A stretch of DNA of 63,794 nt, counting the filler, from Asterionella formosa (lineage: Eukaryota), in the NCBI GenBank assembly GCA_002256025.1. It is 15 parts of 15 records of this genome, joined end to end, with 100 filler letters (N's around TTAATTAATTAA, not from the genome) between each part and the next. Parts side by side here need not be neighbours in the genome. Positions count along the whole stretch, not along the records: positions 1 to 22,323 come from NKIB01002790.1; 14 more parts are not named here. One strand, given 5' to 3'. The notes beneath the pieces were generated by a model that did no database searches, was not told the DNA's origin, and was given only the letters and a program-made list of their open reading frames with translations. The position numbers and the translations under genes were made by a program. Shown piece by piece: positions 1 to 10,798 of the stretch (positions within the stretch are counted from its first letter, which is position 1; every line of letters begins with the position of its first letter).

Positions 1-938
1 TTGGAGGAATTTAGGTTGTTTTTCCCAGGCCCTAGAAGAAGATGGAGTGTTAGAAGACCTAGCTTCCACTAACCTGTCTGTGTTTGTAGCTAGGTTCGAA
101 GCAGCGCTCACTAGTGCTGCGGCTACCAGCGCCATACTTTTGTCACGTGAGTTTCTGATGTCAGTTTTTGTGGGTGTGATCTGCGCGCCGTCCGTCTGTC
201 GAATCTTGGGAGAGTTGATGTGCATGCGATGTAGCGTGGCACTCCAATCCATTATTTCATGCGTCGTCGCATAAGAGATGGGAAGAGAGATTTGATTTGG
301 TACCATCTTCGCGGTGTATAGGAAGCTCAAAAAATACTCTGCAGATGCGTACACTTGTTTGCGAATCGCTGCCTTTTCGTCATCGGTTTGGGTGGTGCTA
401 ATATTCGCCTGGTTTTCCGCGAATGTTTTGGCTGCAAGGCGAGCGAGGAAAAAGAGTTCAGCTGGGTCATCGGTGGAACTGGAGGTGGGGACGTTGAACA
501 GGAAAGGCGGGAATTGGACAAGATGGTTGATGTTGGTGTTCATCACGGTATTCGCCGTGAGGTGCAAGGTGCTGAGTTGTTCCGGAGTGGTGGCATGATC
601 ATGTAAGGCGTCGTAGTTGGGAATGGTGGTTGTGATGGCTGCGAAAGCGTGTCTGGCTTCGAAAACCACTGGTTGGGCGATGTATCCCAATCCAAGGAGG
701 GCTACGTAAGCCGGCGCCGATTTACCCAATTGTTGCCTGTGAGGACGCTAAGGTTGTGGCAAAAATGGACGTTATGGTCAAGAGGGTCAATCATGGCATG
801 GAATTTAAAGAGGGTGTTAGTGAGGAGGGTTTGACGGGTTTCTGGCGAGGTTGCAAAGTGGTGAAACTCGGTCAATAGATCATTTCGAGCGGCGAGAGTA
901 TCCGTAAAATAGTTCTTCCAGGTGTTTGCGAGAATCAT
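1..938 (-). pseudogene. ORF1 (gag-position) of the YR retrotransposon, one frameshift near 725, 3' truncated
   Basis: The track ORF 938-702 (MILANTWK...GNNW) continues after a 1-nt shift as KSAPAYVALLGLGYIAQPVVFEARHAF...AWEKQPKFLQ, stop-free down to base 1. Confidence 0.7.
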
Positions 939-1279
939 GTTGTTGCTAGAGATGTTGTTTATTGATTTTAGACTATAAATTGCGAAAGGCTTGGCGATGC
1001 TTTAGACTGCTTCTCTGAATTGTTATTCAAAGAATTGTGTGCTTCACCCTTGCACTAATTCACTTCTTTAACCTCGCGTGGTTGCTCTTGTCTTCCCTCG
1101 TCTTAGCTGCCGACTCTTGGTTGTTCGATTCAACTCTGAAAGCTAGAACTTAATAGTCGCGTTGTCGCTATATTAAATTCTCAGCTTCGACTCCTTCGAT
1201 TCGCGTCACGTGGTTTGTATCATCCGGTGCTCGCCTGTTATACTAACTCCATCGCGTCCGTCCTTGTCCGTAATATCAA
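1..1279 (-). mobile_element. 5' part of a tyrosine-recombinase (DIRS order, Ngaro/PAT-like) retrotransposon: repeat A1 (963-1279) followed by ORF1, truncated at the window edge
   Basis: 963-1279 matches 54199-54515 (317 bp, 7 substitutions by eye). That second copy lies inside the B1-A2-B2 terminus downstream of a YR ORF. A minus-strand ATG at 938 follows A1. Confidence 0.85.
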
Positions 1280-1280
1280 G

Positions 1281-1508
1281 TACGGGTAATGGCATTCTAG
1301 TTGACATATACAAGTACCGGTGGTACCAGGTGGTAGGGGCAGTAGGGTACCGTTACGGTACCAGGTACCTGATACAAGGTACCCTGCTACCTGGTACTCT
1401 GGTATCTGGTACCAGGTACTCCGAGTACCACCTGGTAGCCTCCTTGTTCGTCATTTACCTACCGGTACAAGGTACCAATACATAACTACCGGTAGTAAGT
1501 ACCGGTAG
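1281..1508. repeat. Cluster of TA-flanked micro-palindromes (TACCGGTA, TACCAGGTA, TACCTGGTA, TACTCCGAGTA)
   Basis: Read directly, e.g. TA CGG TA CCAGG TA CCTGA TA CAAGG TA ... TA CCTGG TA CTCTGG TA TCTGG TA CCAGG TA CTCCGAG TA. Similar clusters occur upstream of most genes. Confidence 0.9.
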
Positions 1509-1730
1509 CAGACATGGAACATTGTAATAGTTTAGCAATTCATTAGCATGGAGTGCAACTTTAAAAGTGTGCGACAAGGTGGTAGATAAACAAATTACTG
1601 GTACATCTCATAATGAATTCCTCAGGGATGATGACAAATACAACGAAGACAGCAAGCAGAGAAATGTGATGACAAGACAATCGTGATTTCGTAAGACAAG
1701 AACGAGAAGAGAGCCTTCGGTATATCTCCC

Positions 1731-2510
1731 ATGAACAATAATGCATCTTGGTCAATCGCACATTATCCAAGCCACAAGACGACAGCGGAAACTTGCAAGG
1801 AACGAGCGGAATGGCTTCAATTGACGAAACACAAACAGTTCAGTCGATTGTTGTATTCGAACCCTGTCTGTTTCTTAACAACCACCATAGCTGCATCAAC
1901 GTCAAGAGTCTCGTCTCGAAATGCCATGGTGCTTTCTTGGCTTACGGCAACGAACAACGAAGGGCGCTTCATGTTTAGTTTGAACAGAAGGAGGCATACG
2001 GCTTCCATGTTTTGTGAGGAAGGCGTGGAGTTTTGTTTGTCTGTTCCTGTCCAAGGGATGGAGGCCATGATCAAAGAAGTTGGTAGGACTTCAGGGAGAT
2101 TCGGAAGTAAGTTTCAGCATGACTGTCACACGGATCTTTCAGAAGTTATGGAACCTGCGGCAACAACCGATAAGCCAAAGAGCAATCGACAAAAGAAAGC
2201 ATTTGCATCAACTTGCGTGGTAGGGCTCAAGGCTGTTCCATTTGGAAATGATTCATGCAGTGACAACGAATCAGATTTATTTATTATTGATGGTACTGTA
2301 GCACAGCTCAAGTGCAAGGCATATCAAATAATAAAAGAACCACTCGTTGACAACGACCACTACATTGTATTTGCACAAGTTTCAAGCGCATTTGTACTCA
2401 AGAACTACTGGAATCCTGACAAGAATCTCTTTCAACCTCAAGAGTCCGATACTCCCCCCTATCTGACCTTTTTTGGTTCACAAACTTTTGGTTATGTGTA
2501 TGCAAAATAG
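1731..2510 (+). CDS. Flavin reductase-like (FMN-binding split barrel) protein
   Basis: 259-aa intronless ORF. LYSNPVCFLTT, RNAMVLSWLT, FCLSVP, GRTSGR..SKF and C-terminal DHYIVFAQV are typical of the flavin-reductase-like fold. Confidence 0.75.
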   Translation: MNNNASWSIAHYPSHKTTAETCKERAEWLQLTKHKQFSRLLYSNPVCFLTTTIAASTSRVSSRNAMVLSWLTATNNEGRFMFSLNRRRHTASMFCEEGVEFCLSVPVQGMEAMIKEVGRTSGRFGSKFQHDCHTDLSEVMEPAATTDKPKSNRQKKAFASTCVVGLKAVPFGNDSCSDNESDLFIIDGTVAQLKCKAYQIIKEPLVDNDHYIVFAQVSSAFVLKNYWNPDKNLFQPQESDTPPYLTFFGSQTFGYVYAK

Positions 2511-2761
2511 TGTCTTGTAGGATACGTCCTTTTCAAGCACATCTATTCCCTATGCTCTCTCGACTTTTGGGTAAAAACGGCAGTAAAATAAGCAATGCCA
2601 TGCAATTCAATGCTCTGGTGAGAATGAAAATTCTTCAAGGTTCAAGGAAACCCCCAACACTGCAGTGTCGAATCCAAAATTAAATTAATTCATGGTGTCT
2701 AGAACAGCTACATAGAGGAACATGAAACATGATAGATGGCTATAGTTGTCGCAACCTCTCG

Positions 2762-4750
2762 TCAATTATTCATAAGGACGTCATCCTGACTCCACTGGTT
2801 CTTCCCCAATTCGATTCGTATTGTCCTGCTCACGTGAAAGTCATCGGTCTTTCGAAGTATTGGAAATCTATAAAAGTCAGTCTCTATCGATAAAGGTGTG
2901 ATCTTCACCATCCCATATCCATGTTGTTGGCCATCAAAATATCGATAATGACGGTTCATGGTAGAAACAATGTAATTCGCAATCGGGTCCGAAATCGCAG
3001 ATAAAAGACTGCCAGGCTTGAGCAATGATGAAAACTCGCCAAGCTTCTCATCGAGATTACCCCGAGTGCCGCTTCCAGCTATCATTTCGACGCCGTAACG
3101 TTTAAGATCACTTTGAGCTGGCGAGTAGTTAAGAAGGTCCTTCCCACCTGGGTCGTAACGAACGACATCGGCAGCATATGAAAAGTGCATGTCACCTGTG
3201 GCCCAAAAGTTGTTTTGATCCGTTCCTGTTGCATCAAGTTGATCAAAGAGTCTGGTTTCACACTCTGGCTGGCCTTCCCACGTATATTCGTGTGCGTTTA
3301 AGTATGACAGACCACCACTTTTAGGGTTAACAAGGCGGTGCAAGAAAAGTGAACCGAAAACCCATAAAACAATCCAAAAGGTAAGGCAAATAATTCCCAT
3401 GCAGGTGGCCCAGCTAAACTTATTGTGCGAGTAACTGCGAGGATTCATTTCAGTCTGGATGGAATCGTTGAGAGCATCTCCTTCGGGTTTAATTTCGTCT
3501 TCGTCCTCAATGACAAGAACTATTTCTTTTCGTTGTGTGTGAATTATTTCGTAGTGTGCTTGTTTGTGAAAGTGTATGTCGGAACAATAACAAGTTAGAA
3601 GTAACATTGCCAGCAGTATAGTGACCAGAAGACATGGAAATACCATAGCAGAGGAGAGTTTGTTGAGTGTGAAGGGCATGAAAGTTTTGCCTGATCCGAA
3701 GATTCGCCAGTTTACGTCTGTTGCGTTGGCAAGGGCATCATTAAGCCACTGGTGTTGATAATTACCAAGCAGACCGGTGTGGCCACTGAAGGAGTGAGTA
3801 TCAAGCATTATGATATCAACCAAGCCCTTTCCAAATCTGAAGGATCGAAGTGAATTTATAAACAGCTCGCCTTCATCATTTTCTTCAATAGTCACGCGCT
3901 GAGGTACCCACTCGAGTGCAGCTCGCCGACTTCCTGCTGTCGGATCAGCAGAGTATCCAACTAGATCATGATTGTCAAGGGCTACAATCCAGGGATGGCT
4001 GGCTCTAGCTGCTCGATAGTCAGGATCTAATAAGTAAAGATTATGCATCCATCGAAAGCGTTCAATCTCAGTCATATTTGAGCACCGAAGTGACGAAAGG
4101 TGATCGCGAACACTTTCATCGAGATTATCGTCAGCCGTCCCACCAAGCGATGACGACTTGAACCAGCTCCATTCTTCACAGAGTCCATAAGGTACTCGAT
4201 ATAATTCATCTGGGTCGATCTCATTGTAAATGATGTCGCCCAAATGAATGACAACGTCAATATTGCGATCGTTGGCAAGATGCCGATACATATTGAAATA
4301 GCCACTCCAGAGACTTGTACATGACAGAATGGCAGCATTGATTTCAATTGAGGATGTCGACGCTGTTTTTGTTGTTCCTATGACCGAGCGTCGACCATCA
4401 GGACTCTGGAATTGATAGTGGTACGATATCCCTGGTTGTAAGTTGTTGATTACTACTGTCGTGGTGTAGTCTGATCCTTCTGATATAATCGCGTGCCCCG
4501 ATGTAAGAGGCAACTCAAATGATTGATTTTTGTTATTCTTTTCCCAAACAGACCAGCGCACTTGAGGAATGGTCATTTGAGAGACTCGAGTCCAAATTAG
4601 GACACTATCTGCCAACGGATCTGCAGACCCAACTCCATGGAGAAAGGGAGCATGCTCTATGTCTGCTCTCAGATTCAGATCATTGAAATAGGCGCCGCAG
4701 CTTGAAATTGCAAGAAATAAGGTGAAAAGGGCAAATAATGACTGACACAT
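2762..4750 (-). CDS. phoD: Alkaline phosphatase D (PhoD) family, signal peptide plus two internal TM helices
   Basis: 662 aa with a hydrophobic N-terminus. Motifs FLHGVGSADP..DSVLIWTRV, HLGDIIY, DNHD, LDT, TGDMH and HGYGMV. Confidence 0.9.
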   Translation of the reverse strand: MCQSLFALFTLFLAISSCGAYFNDLNLRADIEHAPFLHGVGSADPLADSVLIWTRVSQMTIPQVRWSVWEKNNKNQSFELPLTSGHAIISEGSDYTTTVVINNLQPGISYHYQFQSPDGRRSVIGTTKTASTSSIEINAAILSCTSLWSGYFNMYRHLANDRNIDVVIHLGDIIYNEIDPDELYRVPYGLCEEWSWFKSSSLGGTADDNLDESVRDHLSSLRCSNMTEIERFRWMHNLYLLDPDYRAARASHPWIVALDNHDLVGYSADPTAGSRRAALEWVPQRVTIEENDEGELFINSLRSFRFGKGLVDIIMLDTHSFSGHTGLLGNYQHQWLNDALANATDVNWRIFGSGKTFMPFTLNKLSSAMVFPCLLVTILLAMLLLTCYCSDIHFHKQAHYEIIHTQRKEIVLVIEDEDEIKPEGDALNDSIQTEMNPRSYSHNKFSWATCMGIICLTFWIVLWVFGSLFLHRLVNPKSGGLSYLNAHEYTWEGQPECETRLFDQLDATGTDQNNFWATGDMHFSYAADVVRYDPGGKDLLNYSPAQSDLKRYGVEMIAGSGTRGNLDEKLGEFSSLLKPGSLLSAISDPIANYIVSTMNRHYRYFDGQQHGYGMVKITPLSIETDFYRFPILRKTDDFHVSRTIRIELGKNQWSQDDVLMNN

Positions 4751-5447
4751 GATACTCGTTTGCTGTCAACAATAGTCTCTAGAATGGACCCGTTTTCGTC
4801 TTGGCTTTCTTTCCTTCGTTAATGGTTGCTATACCCGCTATTACTATGTAGTACGTTGTTGTGGAGTGAGAGTGTGTTTACTCGGAGTACACTTTACCGG
4901 TAATTGTTTGTGAAAATACGACATTCTATGTATTTACCAGTTACGACCGGCAGTATGATCCTGATAAATCATTGGTGCAGGCTGCCCTGCCCTGCTTACG
5001 CTCGGTCATTGTCATTTTTTATTCACGCACTTGCGCCTGTTTTGAGTTTACCGCGTTTAGACGAAATAATTAGCATAAAACCTACGTCACCATTAACTCA
5101 TGATATTATCATTCAAGAGAGAATTGATGACGTTCTCTATTTAAGGCCTGCCTGTCCTGCGTCACGTTGTCCATTTCAGCAAAATTGCAGCACCAACTGC
5201 TTGCAGAAGTATTTCATGCAACAGCGACGAAGCAGCAGCACACCAAGCAAAAAGCAATTGTGTAATGTTTTACATGTATGGATCATATTTTGGCTGGTCT
5301 GAATATTTATTATTATTACCTGGCGGTAATACATCATAGCACAATTATTACATATTCCTGAATATACCGGTATTCGAATTGAACATACTCCATATTATCA
5401 AGCTACCATCCCAACTGATTGAGACCCTTCACTTTCCTCCGGCTATC

Positions 5448-6427
5448 ATGACAAGCAAAGATATATTAATACACAGACTCGAAAAACTGCTGGGCTTCGA
5501 CGGTGTTGAAGATATCTTGGAGCATCTTCTAACCATCGAATCGGAGCAGGTGAGCGCCGGGAGTTCGTTGCTTGTGAAGTAACTTTGCTCTGGAGGAAAT
5601 GGTTATTGACAGCAACTTTGCATGCAAGCCGACTAATTCACTTGATTCTATCCCTACATTGCACGGAATAGGATTTATTGGATTATTTGTCACAACTCCT
5701 CGGGAATGATGGAACTGACGTGAAATTGTTTGTAGCTGATGTTGGTCAGTTTAAAAAGGGCGAAACACTTTCACCGATAGAGTTGCCTCTATCAATCGAA
5801 GACTTGCCACCACCGGACCGAAAATTGCAGGATAATTACATAGACAGCAAATCAGTCGCAGCAAAGCCACAGAAAAAGTCTACTGCAGCAACTAAACGAA
5901 TTGTCGGAACAAAGAAACAGCAACCAGTGCCACCGGTAAAGAACCTCTTAACAACGGCACAGAAACCACCGCCGACAAATGAAAGGGAACAAGGGGTGGC
6001 GAAGCTGTCGAAAAATGAAGAAACGACAGAAATACCAGTCAAAAAACATCATCCACCCAAAGGCAAAGCATCGGTTGTTTGCGGTTGCTTTGGTACTTTG
6101 CACGCGCCCTTGACCAACTGCCTTTACTGTGGTCGAATCTCATGTTCACGAGAAGGATATGATTTCTGCGCGTTTTGTGGCTTGTTGGTGGAACGTGTCG
6201 AAGCTAAATCAGGCGATGTGGCAACGCAGCACTTGGAGCGCTTGTTACGATTTGACCGGGACTTTGCTAGACGAACGGTCGTTTTGGACGATCAAGCAGA
6301 CTATTTTAGCAACCAAACGTCGACATGGCTGACAGAGGAGGAACAGTCAGAAGCTGCAAAATCCGAGTCAGATCGCAGAACCGAGCTGCACACTCGAAAA
6401 AAGCAAAGTTTGAACTTAAATTTCTAA
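5448..6427 (+). CDS. TRIP4: Activating signal cointegrator 1-like (zf-C2HC5); exons 5448-5549 and 5672-6427
   Basis: CGCFGTLH...NCLYCGRISC...CAFCG zinc finger, then RLLRFDRDFARRTVVLDDQADYF. The GTGAGC...AG intron 5550-5671 joins the exons in frame. Confidence 0.85.
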
Positions 6428-6453
6428 TTCTACTTTTTGCCATTTACATGTCA

Positions 6454-7118
6454 TCACTTTTTGAAAGCTTCGATCACATCTGGTGGTGCTTGCACAAGCT
6501 CGATCAGAACGCCAGCCCCTCCAATAGGAGCAGCTTCATTTCCTTTAGGATGAATGAAAGTCACATTGTGTCCAGAAGCCCCCTTTCTAATGCCTCCAGG
6601 GGTAAATCGAACTCCTATTTGTTGAAAAATCATTAGTGCCAGAATGCCGCCACGTGTAAGATTTACCGAATTACCGGTACTGCTTACCTTGCCCTTGCAT
6701 CCAGGTAACTGCAGATTCTAGGTCATCTACCCAAAGTCCGATGTGATTGAGAGCGGGAGAATGTACCTGCTCCACTCACATGAGAAGACGTTTCCACAGT
6801 GAATGCGAACCTTCATTTCAACTAACACGAACTCACCTTGGGACTTTTTTCGGGATCAATGGGGGTCATGAGGTCGACTTCCACAGCCATCAACCCTTTT
6901 CCGAGTGATAAAATGTCTTCGTCGACATTTTCCGCTTCACTAACAAAGTTGCTGACTTGGGTCAAGCCAAACGTGTCTCCCCAAAGCTTATTCAACGGCT
7001 CTTTTTCTAGCGCCCCAACAGCGATTTGTTGAAGACCCAATATCTGAAACGGCCTCGATATAGAAGACATACAGCGTCTCCCAATGTATTGAAATACATG
7101 GCGTTGAATCGAAAACAT
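6454..7118 (-). CDS. VOC/glyoxalase-family protein, probable methylmalonyl-CoA epimerase with mitochondrial presequence; exons 7118-6837, 6766-6688, 6614-6454
   Basis: Spliced product [14 protein letters not shown]...ENVDEDIL...VEVDLM...[11 protein letters not shown]...[15 protein letters not shown]...FIHPKG...GVLIELVQ. Two GT-AG introns. Arg-rich N-terminus. Confidence 0.85.
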
Positions 7119-9516
7119 AAGGGAAAGGCCTGATGCTGATGTACTTGGATTTTTCTCTTGACAGGAGTTGTCATAAATATTTTGTTTTTATGATTTTAGT
7201 CGCCAATGTATTAATTATCGGAAAAACACCTGCTACCGGTACTCCGAGTACATGATAGGCGGAATAGTCCATTGAAATGAGAACCCCTCTTTATGATTGT
7301 GTATTGCTTTATGGATGTGATTGCCGGGGTGGTACCTGGTAGCTAGTAGCTACCAGTCCAGTACCAGGTATATCCAAGTTCCCTAGTGAGCGAAGCGAAC
7401 TCCTCATCTGTGCTAAATAGACGAGTACCTGTAATAGACCTACCTGTACATCAATACATTCTTTTCACCATCCCGTAATGGGTAAAATTAAGCCCAACGA
7501 GCAGTTCTCCATTATTTCCCTTTAGGTGTCTACCGGTATTATTTGTCGACTTGGGACATGTCCATACCTTTTTGAACTGACAATATTGGTATATATGTAC
7601 ATGAAAAAACCCATGTTATAAGAGCGTTTACCACTAGTATACATTAGCTATTCGAAAAATTAAACCCGCTTTAACTGGTGTGGGTTTAAGGTTCTTGTAT
7701 TTGAACCCCTGGCTCGAACTAGGGTTTAAAAATAAGTTTCATCATAAAATGAATATGTATATCGCTACTCGGGGCCTTCACCATTGAACTCCCTTTCCAT
7801 ATGCTTGTTAGATACAGTCATTGGTCAAAGAATATCAAAGCTCTCTAGAGTTTTGCAATGCTTCCAATGCAACATGGGCAACAGCATGTTGATTCTTTGA
7901 ACTGCCTCAAAAAAGATTTACTGGAGCTCTATTTCACAGATTGTCATGCACAGCAATGACATTAATAAACATAATGAACAAGAGGAGGGATTCCAGTACT
8001 AACAAACAAGAGGATGCATTGCTACAAAAATTTAACATTTAAAAATTTACGTTGAATGTATATTCAATGTCAGATAGTAAGTAATCTAGATATTTCGATC
8101 ATTAGAGCACAACGACGATATTATCAATCATATCACCAACATAATTTGTGTTATAAAACACACATGCTATAATATTTTATCATTATCAGAGCATGCCCAC
8201 TACTAGTAGTACTGTAATGTCCAAGCCATGTAAAAAGTCTATGTTACATTACACCAGTATTATATATTTTATTCTAAATGAACTTATGCAATAGGTAAAT
8301 AGACTTAAGTGAGAACTTGAATACACCAAATTGGTTACTAATTGAAAGCATGAACTTTACATGTATTGTACCATACTATGACCATTGAGGGTCACTATTA
8401 GATCAGATGAGACTGATTGTTGTAAATTGAGGTGGAACTTGATGATGTTGGTGGCTATTGCGGAAGCTGTTGTAGTAGAGGGCGTGGTAGGTGTGAGTGG
8501 TGGAAAACCAATAACAACAACAGGTGAAGGAGGGAAGTTGGAGCAAACAGATTATTTTTGGGATGACATACTTGGGCTGTACTCACAGCAAATTGAGATA
8601 CAAATGTCTCCTGGTGTAGATTCAGTAAAAATGGATGATATCAGTCTCCTCGTTTGAAGTAGCTAGTTTCAACTCCTGACTATTCTTGGTATCAGGAGTT
8701 GCTGACAAGTGTGCACAAGCATGATTGAAAGTACAGCAACTCAAAAAACTTCCAATTGTAAACAAGTTTACGAAGCGACAGAAATTATGGAAGTGGAGGA
8801 GGGAGGAAGCAATTATGTCAGCAGTTTTTCCATAACACAAAAAACTGTTTTTCTTCGGCAGGAACGCGAAGTTGGGATTAGGGATGTAAGGTGGCTAAAC
8901 TATTTACGAGGGTTGAGCAGCGTAGAGTCAAGGTGGAGTTTTGTTGGTGTAGGTTTGTATGGGATACTAGCCATGACTACCCTGCTACTAGAACTTTGAG
9001 CTGTACCCTTCTTCACTGCCCACCACACTTTAATTGACAAAGTGTTTGAGGCATATATTCCAGATGGAACTGTGACACAGATTGTCAATCAAATGATTTC
9101 TGATCATCACACTAGTGGTCATCCACTACTACTAGGAAATAGTATTCAGATTATAACGTTTACTAGCATGCATGATAATGATATATTAGCTAATTTCATG
9201 GTCTCCATTTTTCTAAATATCATATGGTCCAACTGTCCGACCAGCAGTATATTTATTCTTCCGGTAGCAGCAATGGTATTGTCGCTAACTTTGTCCTCCA
9301 CAGTAGTACCAGTGAATTATTAGCGCTAGCATCAACTACAGGGCGGTTTTACTGTGAGTTTAATTGTTTATGACTATTACATTCCTAGTGATAGTTTTCC
9401 TGTAGTAAAAACAAAACAAACAAGAAGTATTCTTGAAAACAATTATTCTTTCTTCTATACAAAGAAGAAAGCTTGTATCTAATTCTTTAAAAATTGATCG
9501 AAATTAATTTTGTGAT

Positions 9517-9745
9517 CAGGCCAACACTAAACGTGAACCAAACCACAAACATAACCATAAATAAAGGATGTAATTTTGATTAGGTTTTGGTTTCTGTCAG
9601 ACTGACAGAATAACAATGCTAATGGTTTCAGGGAAAACCTAAATGTTGTCAACCACCCATCGACTGTGATGTAGGATGACATAAATAAAATAAATTAACT
9701 TTTAAAAATGAAATATGAACATTCCTATTCAGGAATTAGAAAGCT
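9517..9745 (+). repeat. Dispersed repeat, probable TE terminal region; inverted homolog at ~50230-50440
   Basis: 9631-9673 matches the reverse complement of 50293-50335 at 39/43 nt, and similarity extends on both sides. Confidence 0.7.
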
Positions 9746-10798
9746 AGTTTTTACTACAATTGTGGAGTCGTCATGGTCAACAATTAAGGTGTATTAGTAA
9801 CCGGTTATGAAAATGATAATAAAAACTATTCTAAAAAGATAAATGATGAGTTAAAATCAATCATTGTTTTTGGCCTAGTCCCTTGAAGACTACAGTATTT
9901 TGTAGAATGGCACATATGTAGGAGTAAGACGTGTTTGCATGCAACAACAAGGCATTGAGGTTTCATCTGTGGAATTGAGCCCCATTGTGGTTTCCCGATT
10001 TTACTATATCTCCTATCTCAAAGCGAATGTATTAGCTACAATTAAAATCATTAGCAATTCTTTGAATTTATCAATTTGTCTAGTATAAAATAACAACTGA
10101 GGGGAATTTGACATGTTGATTGTCATGAAATCAGCATTTTAATGTTTTTGTTGCCACTGTAATTACAATATACATGATTGACAACTATAACAGTACTTGT
10201 ACAAGGTACTTCAGGGTCAAGGGTATATCAATATATTGTTTATACATATGTCATATATACTATCAGTACTGCTACATGACAATGACAATGTGTAATTGGA
10301 TTTCTGCTTGCTACATTCAAAGTAGTCAATACAGAATCCTTTTTTTAGGTTTTTGGAAAAAAATTGTCTAAACACAATGTGCTTACTGGTAGTTAACTTA
10401 TTGGGTTATGGGCACAGAATCCCCTGTAGCAAACACATCTGCATTGGGGTTTTCACTCCTGTTAGCATGGTTTTTTAGGGTTACTGAAACCAAAAGACTC
10501 TTTGGTTGTCATTTCGACCCACCATTAGAAACAGCCTCATATCACACATATTTGTAAAAGCCCAGATTAACATGTTGCTCTTGTTGACTCAATATGGTTT
10601 CCAACTTTGTATTTTCGGAAAGTCGGATATCTTGGAAATATTCCAGTCAAGCCCAGCTGATGTACCCTTTGCTAAATAGCCTATGCTCATTGAGTGCAAT
10701 ACAACTGTACCAAAATAGTATCAAGACAAGTTCAGTGAGTGAAAACAGTTCAAGCTACTTTCCATGTTTTCCCAGAAAACCTGTCCCATAGAAGCAAA

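Noticed and set aside
1210..1508. ORFs rich in VPGT/YQV/GTRY (also 12377-12730, 41458-41769, 44998-45262, 52896-53093, 53711-54021)
   Set aside because: These are translations of the TACCNGGTA motif clusters, not proteins.
1300..1510. KpnI/AgeI-rich vector polylinker or adapter contamination
   Set aside because: The motifs are degenerate, dispersed across many contigs and an intron, and lack other polylinker sites.
8385..9323. Short ORFs in the AT-rich region
   Set aside because: No recognisable domain or consistent frame. Probably decayed repeat.
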